A stretch of 64,000 bases of DNA from Trichoplax adhaerens (Eukaryota; Animalia; Placozoa). A program made the position numbers and the translations under genes. The notes beneath the pieces were generated by a model that searched no databases, was not told the origin of the DNA, and saw nothing but the letters and a program-made list of their open reading frames with translations. The DNA lies in assembly GCF_000150275.1 (NCBI RefSeq), contig NW_002060961.1:391361-455360 (forward strand), given 5' to 3'. Below are positions 33,801 to 46,154 of this stretch, piece after piece; positions within the stretch are counted from its first letter, which is position 1, and each line of letters opens with the position of its first letter.

Positions 33801-36800
33801 AATGACGACTAATTATCCTAATGCTAGCACATTATCAATTAAAATAGCCGCATCAGATGCAATTATTGATGATCAACCACAGCTCGATATCAATCAATTT
33901 GAAATTAAAATACAAATTACCAAGCCGCTGACCAACGGAAGGCTAGGAATAACCTTATGTTCAGGAAATATCACAGATGGTTGTCAAATTGGGTAAATTA
34001 TAGAAATTGCTGTGATTCTTATTGCAATACATTCGCTCCAAGTCTAATAGTCTACAAATTGGTAGAGAATTCTTTTTTATACCTATTTAATTTTATGTTT
34101 TCCTTTCCTTGCTATTTCATAGCCACGTTGGTTATACTGTAGCAATCTTCTATAAATGGTGTTAATTATTCCTTTAAGATATTAATTTCCGTCAAGATAC
34201 GTAGTTCTATCAGTCATTTTGGTATTCATCAATTAAAATGGATACTAAAAGTGCTGTATTAAATATCAATTCCGCCACGATAAATGACATTATTTCCAAG
34301 ATTGTCTATTAGTTTTTTATTCCGTTAAAGTACCGAAGAGGATTATATCATAAATTTCATCCATCGTTTTTTATGATAATATAAAGTTGCTTTACATATC
34401 GATCTAATTACAATTAGTTACGTTACCTTGAAGATTATGGTTTTCATTTTTAGTACTGCTTAATAGCATATCAAGATTTTTTAACATTAATGGTGCGACC
34501 ATTGAGAGCTTAACTGATCTTAAGTTAGAACTCCATTGTGAAAATAATCTATTTCTCTTTTTTTAGAGAATTTACCAATAATAGTCTATGGTGCCAATGT
34601 GGCACTACTTTTGAGGGTGCCTCCATTACAGTGGATTCAAGTTCTGATGGAAGGGTCTTATATTTACGTCAAAACGTATCAAAGCCCTTCAACAATGATA
34701 CTTTTGCTTTACTTCTTCGTGATTATGTCGTTTTCATGACCGGTCTAATGGCGCCTGCAAGTAACTTCACTACAGCGCAAATAACTTTCTCGATTGTCTA
34801 TAACGGGAACACCAGTATACCAAGTACTGCAAGCATTACTTTCTTGACTGCTTCCTTAAATCCAACAGTTTGCCTAGATTCAATACAGGTACAGCTATCT
34901 TTTAAATACATTGCTAGCCTAAAAGCTGATATAATTGCATCTGTAGTTGTAGTTTTCCATTGCAATAAAGCGTTAGTGGACGATCAATTGCCGTAGCTGC
35001 AGAGTATTTTAGAATACGGTATTATTCTGGAAGTGATTTTCATATGGCTGGAGCCTGGATGTATTATCTTTTCTTTTTATGATTTAAAATTTGTTCTTGG
35101 ATGAGAAGCCAATCAGTGCATAATTTTTTTGATCGAAAAATATTATTGTAACTGCTGCAAGGATTTCGATCTTACATACTTATATCCAACTTTAAACACT
35201 ACAAAAGGAGGTTAACTTCCATAGTGTGTCTTCTTGTAGTCTCGAATTTTTCTTAGGCTGATAAATTAACATTGAAGTCTTTTACTTTCTGGATATTAGA
35301 ATTGTAATTACAAGGTAGAAATTGGCGAGAAAACAACGTGTGTTAACGTTATTCCTCCTACAATTCAACTCCATTATAACTACTTGATATCCAATATCAC
35401 GGCTTCATTGCAATACGTCGATCCTGATCAAATATTAGCGATAAATAACACGGATGGATTTGTCATTCAACAAGTTAGTTTATAAGCCTTAAGGAGTATC
35501 AAAAAACTTCGTATTAGAAATATTATTTTCTACTGTTAATTCTATAACGTGCTTTATCCAATTTTAATTCGCTTAAGACAGTTAAGTATTTGAGTAAAAA
35601 CTGAGTTTCGTTTCGTAATCTCATTTCCGTAAAATTATTATTTTTCTTCCAGCCTAGCAACAATACCTTAATCATCACTAGTAATGATGTGGCAACATCA
35701 CCTGATCGCTTTCTGCTTCCACTACGAAATTTGCAATATTGTTATTTAAAGATAGGAAATATTATTGCCAATCAAGCCGATGTATCTAATAAGTAAGTTT
35801 AAGATAGGCCTCGAACCCAAATGAAATATTGGTTACTGTGATTTCGTATGGTTTATCGTAATAGCGTCCTATCTTAGATTATTACGAGTTTATCATATAC
35901 TACTAAAAGAGAATCTAGGATTTCCCTTAGTAATATGCACTTATGTCTCTATAGATGTATAATTAATGGCTAGAATATTCTTTTACTTAATTTTGTGCAG
36001 TGCTTATGTTACATCCCTCAATTACATATGGAATTTCTCTAGTTTTTTTGCTTCCTGTGCGAAAAATTAGTCAAAATTTTAATATAGCTCTCGCAACAGT
36101 TCTTCATTTCATAAGGCTTACTTACATTGAAGCACGAAAGTAGAATAAATAGATTAGCGCCGTATCTTAGATTATTATCATGTACTACTAGAAGAAAATA
36201 TAGGATTCCTCTAAGTAATCTGTAGTTATGCTTCTATGGATGTATAATTGAGAATAGCTACTAGCTATTCTGCTATTCAATGTTATTCAATACTTATGTT
36301 ATATTCCTCAATTGCACGAGGAATTTCTTCAGTTTATTGCTTTCTATGTAGAAATTGAGAAAAATAGTCAAAATTTTAGTATAGTTTTTGCAACGGTTCT
36401 CCATTTTATAACGGTTACATTAATGGATGGAAGTAGAATAAATAGAAAACATGAGCTAGGATATATATATATATATATATGTATATATAATATACTCGTA
36501 TCACAGTAATTACGAGTAGAAGATTGTTTAGGCACGCAGAAATTATTTCTCATCTTCCATAGCTTAATATATGAAATGGTAAAGAAGCTTGATCCCCTAA
36601 ATTAATGTTATGGATATCATTACCTTGATGGGCATTAACTAATTATTTTTTGGATCATAATGTTGCGGTAATTATAGCATTTAATACGATTTTATTTACT
36701 TGTAATTGCTACTAGATTTGTAGATATTACTGCGACGGGTAGCAATGGCATAACAAGTAACACTGTACAAAGTGAAATTACAGTTAAGTTATCATGCATT

Positions 36801-38753
36801 AGCCAGAATATTATCCAAATCGAAAATTATCAACAGCTGAAGAATGCCGGCCGCTGCCAAGAAGTACAAGAGTTAGATATTAATTGTCTAGGAAATCAGC
36901 AAAGCTGTGATATAGATTCTCTCAAGCCGTTAGAGAATATTACCGTAAGTAGAGACTTATACTATCTCTATTTTATTATTTGTTTAATAAGGAGTGACAA
37001 AACGTGCTGAGGTATTCCAAGCCTGCTTCATTATAATAATCTGCTGTTTATTGTACCGTATTACTCTATTTTATGCTGATTTGCAAATAGAAACTATTTT
37101 TTATAATTTAATGGCAGTTAAATTTCATGGCTTCACTAGGTTATTCGGGAAGTTTTACGTATTCGCGGTTTGCCAATCGTCGATTTAGCTGGCTTAGAAA
37201 ATATATTGCAACTTGGTGGCATTGAAATTAATGACAATTCACAATTAATTAGTCTTGTTGCTTTAGCAGCTAATGCGCCAAATAATACCTCCGTTTTCGT
37301 TAACGACATTGCTAGTAGAGCTATTATTCGCTATAATAATCAATTAATCGATATTTCTATCCTACGTCGAGCTAAGGCTGTTTCAGGTATTGAAATTAAT
37401 AACATTGTACCTATTATGATTAATATTTTCGTTATTAAGTATGAAATACGTCACATATTGATTTTTGACCTTTTCTAGTGGATTTACAATAGAAAATTGT
37501 CTAGTATGAGTAGATAGATCTAAATGATAGCTAGAATTTGTAAATGTTGTAATGATATTTCGCAGGGAATCTACACCTGGAAGGAAACGAAAATCTATAT
37601 AATATATCTGCTTTATCCGGAATTCAGGAAGTCGGAGGAAATTTATACATTGGCAATTTATTCATTTCTAATTTAGACATTTTTCAGAATTTAAAATCAA
37701 TTCGAGGGTCCTTGTATCTCTTTCAAAATCAAGTAGGTTATTAATAAGTAACAGGATCAGACAAATATAATTTATCGTCATACTTTAATAGACGATAACT
37801 AGTTACAGTTTAGTGAGAAGTATCCAGTTAGCTTGAATTTTCAGTAACGGTATAATTTAGATTTTACTGACAACGTAGCTGTAGGCCATGATAAATTAAA
37901 ATGTAGCTGATCTAATTGTATATGCTATAGCTGGAGTATTATTTAATTTAAATTTATTCTTATGTAAGCATTATCAACCTTATTACACTAAACTGCAAGT
38001 CTTGATGTTACAAATACATCTGCAGAGTAGATAAATCTTAAAAGGAATCTAACTATAGAGTCAATTGAACTGTAAAATATCGACAAACTTAAAGCATGTT
38101 AAATTCAGCTAAGACAGCGTGGTATTATTCATGAAGTAATAGCTTATGTTAAGGCTGTTTTGATAGGATATTATAGCTCTAAATATTTATCGGACATAAC
38201 TAATTAGCATGTTTGAGGTTGTGTTTAATCGTCATGCTTTTTACCTGCCATTCTTTTGATTTTTGTCAGAATTTAGTCAACGTCAATGGCTTGAGAAATG
38301 TACGAAGTATAGGAGGCATCGTATTTGTTATGCTAAATAATTTATTACAGAATCTAGATGGAATAGCCAATTTAACAACTATAGGTCAAAGGGTTTATAT
38401 TCAGCTTAACAATAATCTGTGCTTTGTTGGGAAAGAATTAGTTGACGATCTTAATTTTTGGCAGGTAATATTAATTTCTTATAAAGAAAAACAATATTTA
38501 ATTCTAACTTTCGTTAACTTAATTTTTTTCATCTTTCTCTCAATCTCATTCTTATGAACGTGTAATATTTTATGATGTGCTTAATACGGATCAGACAATA
38601 CAACCCGCCGATGCTGCAAAATTAAATTTCGTTGCATATAATGGAGATTGCCCTAGTTACAGGAATTGCACGAATTACGGGAATCCATGCGCTGTCTCTA
38701 TCAGCTCGCTATGCCAAAACGCAAATCAAAGTTATTCCTGTAACAATAACTAA
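24892..38753 (+). CDS. Large secreted mosaic protein (~2,700 aa, ~18 exons): signal peptide, calsyntenin-type Ig/cadherin-like domain with 3 inserted LamG/LNS domains, one canonical cadherin repeat, further calsyntenin-type repeats, C-terminal receptor-L domains and a Cys-rich tail
   Basis: Signal exon 24892-24964 (MNLLMLFSYVIVNWMLTVTTARTQ|gt); LNS motifs DDWHNLVL, DDGKWHNLTL, DNERWHQLTI; cadherin 28333-28659 (NDNKPVF..ENSPPG..ATDID..FDYE..INDN); repeated L.L.G.....Y..ILR..Y motifs; L-domain repeats (LDIFQNLKSIRGSLYL, LRNVRSIGG, NNNLCFV); stop at 38751-38753. Exons are linked by canonical GT-AG sites; some internal boundaries are approximate. Confidence 0.82.
35863..36446 (+). repeat. Intronic tandem duplication, 2 x ~290 bp, diverged
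   Basis: agcg..tatcttagattatta..tactact..gatgtataatt..cttatgtta..ctcaatt..agtcaaaatttta..aagtagaataaataga occurs at ~35863-36153 and ~36156-36446. Confidence 0.85.
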
Positions 38754-39388
38754 CAGATTATTACATTGCATTTATAAAGTTGATGGTGATGCTTCATAAT
38801 ATTTCAAGCTGCTGACCTTATATTTCTTTGTTTTAAATAAATCAATATTAGGCAAAAAGACTTAAAAAAGTAACCGTAAATATTTTAAGCTTACAGTACC
38901 AGAAACCTAACATTAGCTGATTGAAGTTACTGTAAAAGCTATTGATAAGAGATAATGTAACATAATAACAAGTAAATGGAAAATATTTATATAAGAGTAA
39001 TTTCATATTAATTAGCTAAAATTGTTTTTAAGTAACCTACTTCATACTTCAGTGATTTTAATTCAAAGAGTAAAATGATTTCAGAAAATTCTTTCTTATT
39101 GTATAATGTACTAATCATGAACGAATATGGCATTACAATATCATGTTCATGTAAATGATTGTAATAAGTTATGTTTATTAATAATTTTCATCATTATCTA
39201 AGTCATGTTACAGTTGCAAGTTTTGCAAAATATTGAGATAATATACGCATACACGTACGTATATCAATAATTTAGGCTATTAAAATTGACTAATAATTAA
39301 TACACATTAAAACTATTTTTTGGCTAAGCATTTCAATATTTAATTATTTAGATTTATACAATATTGACCGGCATATTTATAGCAAATA

Positions 39389-41520
39389 TTATTCATTATC
39401 TCCTCGATCTTCATTTGTAGTCTCGATAGGGGGGATATCTGCGTGTCCGCTAATGCGCGATGCTAGGCTACGCTTCTTTCTCGGCTGATATTAATACAAA
39501 TAATAAATAAAATTAACACTCAATAAAAGCTCTTGAAGGTAATCCGGCTATAGAAGACTGACCTTCTTTGGCTTCTTTACACTATTATGGATTAATTCGA
39601 TATGTCTCTTTAATGATGACTAATAAACAGATCATTAATGATTAGTATGATACTACAGGCATAGTGGTATTTGTAGGTCACGATATTGCAAAATTCTTAC
39701 GATATTATTATTTACTATATAATACCAAGGATAATTAGAGACTTGCCTTGTAAGGAAATTGTTCTTCACATATTGTACATGAAAATAGTCGATGCTGTTG
39801 GTGATGGGATCGAATATGAGAAATCATATTATTTCGCTAGGTGGTTATCAAACACATGCAGTATATTAGTCAGGGATGGTGGTAGATTTCAATTTACGAC
39901 ATGACACAGTAATCGTAAGGACAATAATTTACCCGAGTAAACTGACGATTACATATCGGACAAGGGAATAATATTCTTTCTGCATGATGTATTTTAAGAT
40001 GTTCTTTCAACTGTTAATTAGATTATACACAAGATTATATATTATATCTGTGGTGAGACGGAATCGATATGTTGCATCACAGTGGATATCTACAAATACT
40101 GTTAAAAACTTCCTTACCAGTCTATTACTGGAAAGCAATTTGCCACACTCTTTGCATTTAAGTTCTAGTGATGAATAATTAAGGTAAAATATGTCAACAT
40201 TTACTTTATTATTGCCATCGCCTTTACTATTTGTAAGGTGTACAGCACATAACACTCTGCATATACACGTACATCTTTAATTGTTTACGTTTTTGCTACT
40301 CACCTTTAGACTTATGGGTGCTAGCTATGTGTTTCCTTAGTAATAAATATGTCTCACATACTACAGAGCAGTCTTGGTATGTGCAAGGGTATCCTGGTAA
40401 TGTCATGAAAATTAGTTATTCAGCAAAGATTTTATTCGTGTGTTTAGACCAAATGAGAAATTTAAGTTGCCATCGACTTTAAAAAAATATATATACATAT
40501 ATACGTGTATATATAAGCAGTATGAGAAAGTATCTGTCTAGATTACCTTGATGAACTTTTTCATGTCTAATTAATTTGCTTTTGGTTGAAAAAGTTTTGT
40601 TACAGTCTTTATGTTTACATGTGAAGCCGTTATGACGATTAAGCTGCTCGAGGTTTTCTTCGGTTTGAAATGACTATAATTTGATTGATTATATAATTAC
40701 GTTATTGCTTACAAAAGTACAGTAGAGTATAGTACATAGGATAGATTATTAAGTGATTGTAGCAACTTTGGTATACGCATACGTATGCAAGAAAGATTAA
40801 AAGTGAAAGACTGAGAGTATTACCTTGCAGTTACTTTTCTGATGACGTATAAGATTTGATCGGTACATAAAAACTTTACCACAGGAGCATACTGATGCTG
40901 GTCGTAACGTTTGATGTAGAATTGCATGGCGCTGTAAGTGATATTGCCTAGTAAATGTCTTACCGCAGCCTTTAAATGTGCAGGAATATGGTCTCTGAAT
41001 AGTAACAACATAAGAAAATTTACAGTTAATATTAATTCTAAGCAAATTACCATTTGTTGTTCTAAAATTCTGCATTAACCTATCGTCAAGTATTCTAGGT
41101 CAATACACTTTCCTAATGGAACCCATACAAGAATATACATAGATAGAGATATTGAATATACACCTTCTTTACGCCACTCATGCACTTACTGTATAGTGAA
41201 TTAGATATAATCAAAATGGCATCGATACGTTTGTTACAGAATTTATAAGTTAGTTTTACTATAGTCAACTCTTCCCCATGTAGATTACAGTCTACACGTA
41301 GGTTATGAATGAATACGTTAAGATGATAATCGCAAGCAACATTTCAATATTGATATCTAACATTAACAAGCAGCATAGATAATTTACAGCCACAAATAAG
41401 AACTAGAATCATTACAACGGTTGATAGACTGACCTCGCCACTATGGATAATTGAATGTTGAGTAAGATGAGCTAATTTTTGAAATGATTTTTGGCATCCA
41501 TCATAGCTGCATGTATACAT
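39389..41520 (-). CDS. GTF3A: Transcription factor IIIA (5S rRNA gene/5S RNA-binding C2H2 zinc-finger protein), 9 coding exons, 8 recognisable fingers
   Basis: MYTCSYDGCQKSF..HSGE|RPYSCTFKGCGKTF; diagnostic linkerless finger 5-6 junction KLIRHEKVHQGYPC; SHIRSHHQQHRLFSC; C-terminal TFIIIA signature PRKKRSLASRISG; stop at 39389-39391. One GC-AG intron. Confidence 0.92.
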
Positions 41521-42261
41521 GTTGATAAAAAAATAAATAATAATGCTCGAATGGACTCCAGCTCGCTTGCTACCATCTTAATGAAGCGTTGTCATGGTCA
41601 AATCATCTGGAATAGGATGCTTCATGCAAGTTAACCAATACTGTCGCTCTTGCTGTAAGATTTTTCCTATATCTAAAAATTTTTCGATCAATGCCGCAGC
41701 TCGGAGCATTAATTATCGGCTGATCTTGCAAAGCAGCTCCACGAAGTGTCGGTAGGTTGTACTATAACCGTACTGTAGAGTACTGTAGTTACTATGGATT
41801 CCATGCCAGCGGATCTATTTCGTAGGGTGGTCAATAATTGAGGAGCCATAGACGACATTATTTTTGCTAATAATTTATAGTTGGTGCTGTAGTTTATCCT
41901 ATACTATACTCAGTCAGTATATCATAGTAGTATACGGCATCTCGCTACTGAAAATTGTGCGTAAAAATAATGTCACTACAGGTGTAAAACCGGTGTCCCT
42001 CCCCGAGGCGGATCAAATCAACGTCATCCTTATTGCGCATGACTGCAGAAATGATCGTACGTTACTCGTATCCTAGTAACTGGATCGGGTGCACAAAGGC
42101 TAAATCGTTGATAGTGTTGCTACGCAACTTAGTTCTGCTAGAAGCAGAGAGAGATTTGACTATTTTATTTACAGTAGGACTGTTCGTCAAGATTACTGTG
42201 GTAGAGTTATAAAACTCAAAAAGTTACTGTAAGTTATCATCAAAAGGACTGAAACGATATC
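41521..42261. promoter_or_regulatory. Bidirectional GTF3A/SPATA4 promoter region with RFX X-box motifs
   Basis: Divergent start codons ~740 bp apart. X-boxes GTATCCTAGTAAC (42068-42080) and GTTGCTACGCAAC (42116-42128), plus a near-match GTTACTATGGATTC (~41788). Confidence 0.7.
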
Positions 42262-43914
42262 ATGAGCGGTTTGGCGAGAGAAGTGATTAAGTGGTTACAA
42301 AGTTTGGATCTATCGGTGTCTGTAAAGTATCCAAAAAGGTATCAAGATAACAATTTTGACTATTTTAGTAGCGTTGACAGCTATTACATGCAATATACGC
42401 ACTATTATTGCTGTAAATCTCGAATAAATCGCTATTATGATATTAGTATGAAGAAGGAAAGAGAGATAGTTGGTGAAAACGAATAGATATGATGAAAGCT
42501 ATTTATTTCCATATTGAATACCAACTCAATCTTTTACTGTACTTCATTAGGGATTTCGCAAATGGATTCTTGGTTGCTGAGATCTTTTCTTGGTACTTCC
42601 CACAAGAGATACATATGCATTCTTATTATAATGCTCCATCCCTACCTAAAAAAATTGGAAATTGGTCTCAATTAGAAAGGGTAAATCGATTTTCATCTGT
42701 CCGAACTACGATACGAACTGATAAGAATGATATCACATAGCGTTAATTATGTTCTAGTTCAACGTTAGAGTAAACAAAATTAGATATTTGGTTTAGAAAA
42801 TTACGCTAATGAATCCTTAATCTTGATCCTTTTAGTTATTTAAAAAGCATGGGATTGACATTCCTAAAGTATTAATAGATGGTACAATGCATAGTAAACC
42901 TGGTGCTGCCATATTGTTGGTGGAAAGAGTATATACAATTTTAACGAACAGAGCGTAAGTATTATATTTAGCTGTAATTACTAACTTAGATTATTTGATC
43001 TATCCGTATGCTGACTGCTATCTAAAACATGAAATGTTTTTTATGAAAGTGTTAAAAGAACCCCTGTAAAGCATGAGCTTGACTTTTCTGACAATGGTTA
43101 TCAATCTGAATTACCACCACATGCAAGATCAACAGCGTCTCAAGTAAGATATCGTATCCGATTATGGTTATTGTATTAGATATCTTGACTACTTAATTCC
43201 GTTATTGATTTTCTAGCTCAATTTTAAATTTTTTAATACTATATTTTATTTCTAACTTTAGGCTTTAAAAAATAATTTGGCAATTACGGAATTTGACACT
43301 GACCCAGATCAAATTTTTCGAATGCAGAAGGTAATGCACGTGCTGCGTACGGTCAAAGTTTAGCGAATAAGTTTAATGTTAATTTAATTATTATTTTATA
43401 AAATTATATCTATAGGCCCAATCAATTCTGAATAATCATATTGAAAACAGAAGGAAGGAAAGAGAGGAGAATCCAGGTTTGGGATCATTACTTATATTGC
43501 TTTCAATGTTTTCTCTTTTTAATGGAATTGACTTTTACGATATTGTATTATCACAGAGCGCTTTGGCATTCGACCTTCAATTGGACAGCTAACTCCTCGT
43601 AAACTACCCTCTGTAAAGACAAGAAAATCTCAACAGCGTGACTCATTAATATACCCTATGGATTCTGCAAATGGTAAAGATCGCATTCAGTTAAAATTTT
43701 AAACTTCAAACATGAGCAGATCTTTTATTTTTTTTGATTAAGTGTATGTGCTATTTAACATATTGTAATTATTATTATCATTTACACAGGTGATGAAAGG
43801 CATTCTAATGATACAGTCGAAAGTGGCCAAGTTCATTTTACAGAAATACAAGTGAAACAACTGAATAGAAATGAGCAAAATGCTCTTCGTCAATCGTTAT
43901 ACGCTGCTTCTTAG
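42262..43914 (+). CDS. SPATA4: SPATA4-like calponin-homology (SPEF1/CH_2) ciliary protein, ~8 exons
   Basis: MSGLAREVIKWLQSLDLSVSVKYPKR|DFANGFLVAEIFSWYFPQEIHMHSYYN..KIGNWSQLER|..GTMHSKPGAA..|DFSDNGYQSELPPHARSTASQ|ALKNN; stop TAG at 43912-43914. Confidence 0.9.
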
Positions 43915-46060
43915 AATGATTAGAAGCGTGAAATATATTGGAGAGGTATTAATGACCTCATCTGAGAGACAAATAACAAAGAATGAAGAATTGTATTGCT
44001 TATTTCTATTGTCTTACAATTAAGAATTTTAAACATTTAATGTAAATCTATAACAGCTAAAAGCAAAGATACTGTTTATCCATTTTGTGATGCAGTGACA
44101 ATTGTAAATACACAATTTTTAGCATTTTACAGTTACTTCTTTTGATCTACCATTGATGAAAGTTATCTATTTAGCATATGCTTGTGTAAATGTAGCCTCA
44201 TTTTTGTAGTATTTAGTCTCGGAAAGCATCTTTTAATCCTTAACATGTGAGTAGCTCCCTACCCTTTTGCAATTATTATTCAAATCCGTTGTCTTGTCCG
44301 TATACACATAGAGAATTATCTTCTAAATTTGAGATGTCGTTAATTTGTGAGAGTTTTACAAAATTCAGTATGATATGACAAACTGTTTTCATATTTTCTG
44401 CTTTGGTAGTAGGGTAGTGATTGTTGTTGTTTTAATTCTATAGTAAGGCAGGATCATTTTATACTGTTACTATCATCTCATAGTAATTCTGAACTAGTGT
44501 CAGGAATAATAGCCGACAAATATTATGATACGAGAAAGTATCTACGATTAGATTTCAGATAGACACGTGTTATTATTATTTAATGTCTATGATATTAGTT
44601 CTAAATTTGGAAAGTTACGTCTGTTGACTGAGTAAAATGGGGTATAATACGCAAGTGTATTATATATTTGAGATTCAATTAAAATAATTGTAACTAATTC
44701 GTATAGAGTATATCTATTTCTGTATTTCGATCCTGTAGCAATAATGTTGGGTAATAAAATTACACTTGATAACTGTTAGGAAGATTTTTAAGACGTGCAA
44801 GTTTATTAATCTAAACATCGCCTTTAGAGCAATATTTAGCTTTGAGGAGGTATTGTATCTCGAAAAATCTCGAGTATAAATATGGCTTAATCGGTTTGTA
44901 CTGCAGAAGATAATTGTACTAAGCCATTCTATTATTTGTACAATTAATAATACTATACATTTAAGTTGTAGAACATGAAATATTCCAATTCTTCTCCATT
45001 AAAGTAATTGGATATTTTTGATGATTCTAAATGATAAGGCATGTCATGATTAGATTGCATGCTATTACTGCTCAGTAAAAAATTTTCGATAGGATTAGTA
45101 TTTTAAGCTTCCAATTCATAGTTCTATAACTGCCTCCTTCTAGGGTTCTCAACTCACTTACTGATCACAAGAGGACGATAGCAAGTGCAGTAATTTTGAT
45201 TATTATATACAATAAATGGATCAATTAACTCGGTTGGGCTTTAATCCTTTAAATTAATTAAAAACTGAAATTGAAATTACTTCAAGTCTAGGCCGGTAGA
45301 AAAGTCATCAGTAGTCGTCGCAGATAGATGGTATTTGCCGATTAACAGCATCATCGCAGAGGAATGAGTAGTCTACCGGCTGTACTATGTGACATATTTA
45401 CGATTTACCATTCTACTATACTATCCGTTATAGCTGTAGATATTGCCGTGCATACAGATTTATCCACTGCTTTATAATCTTCTAATTAATCCATCAATTG
45501 ATTGAGTTATTATTCTAGTCAGTACAGTATACGGAGATGGCTATTTTTCAGGCTATCGATTATCAGGAATTCAAGTATTGTAATCCTATTTACTTCATTT
45601 TAACGTTGTACTGCGGCATAGCGCAGTACAAAATGAAAGTACTGTTATGTATGATAGACTGGTAATGTCTAGGAATTAGGGCAGATAAATTACATAGCTG
45701 CCTAACTGATAAGATAACTATATGATACTAATATCGTAACTGTATTGATACGTTCACTAGTAATTTACTAATACGTATGTAATATATATATCACTTGTGG
45801 GAAAGGCAACCCAGAATAAAGAAGTGGACTCCACGCATCAGGCTACTTTGCAGTGTCTAACCGAGTATTGCATGATTGATCTAGGGTCGCGATAGAGAAC
45901 ATAACGAGTACTATCCATATATAATTAACCAGTGGCTAATAAGTACTAGAGAGCAATATTCCTCACTTTAGGTAAAGGTGCAACTTGTAAGTTATAATCT
46001 ATGTAGGAAGTTCTAAGTGCAATCATAATAAGAATTTTAAAAGCTGCCATTGCAATCTTT

Positions 46061-46154
46061 GTTGCATGGTGACATTATTTTTGCTAGCAACTAGCTTCTT
46101 CGTCATACTACTTAGGCATATGGGTTACTTACTAGTGTAACATTAGTAACCCAT
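46061..46154. promoter_or_regulatory. Cluster of RFX X-box-like palindromes upstream of GEMIN8
   Basis: GTTGCATGGTGAC (46061-46073), TTGCTAGCAAC (46081-46091), and inverted atgggttact...agtaacccat (46120-46154). Confidence 0.45.
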
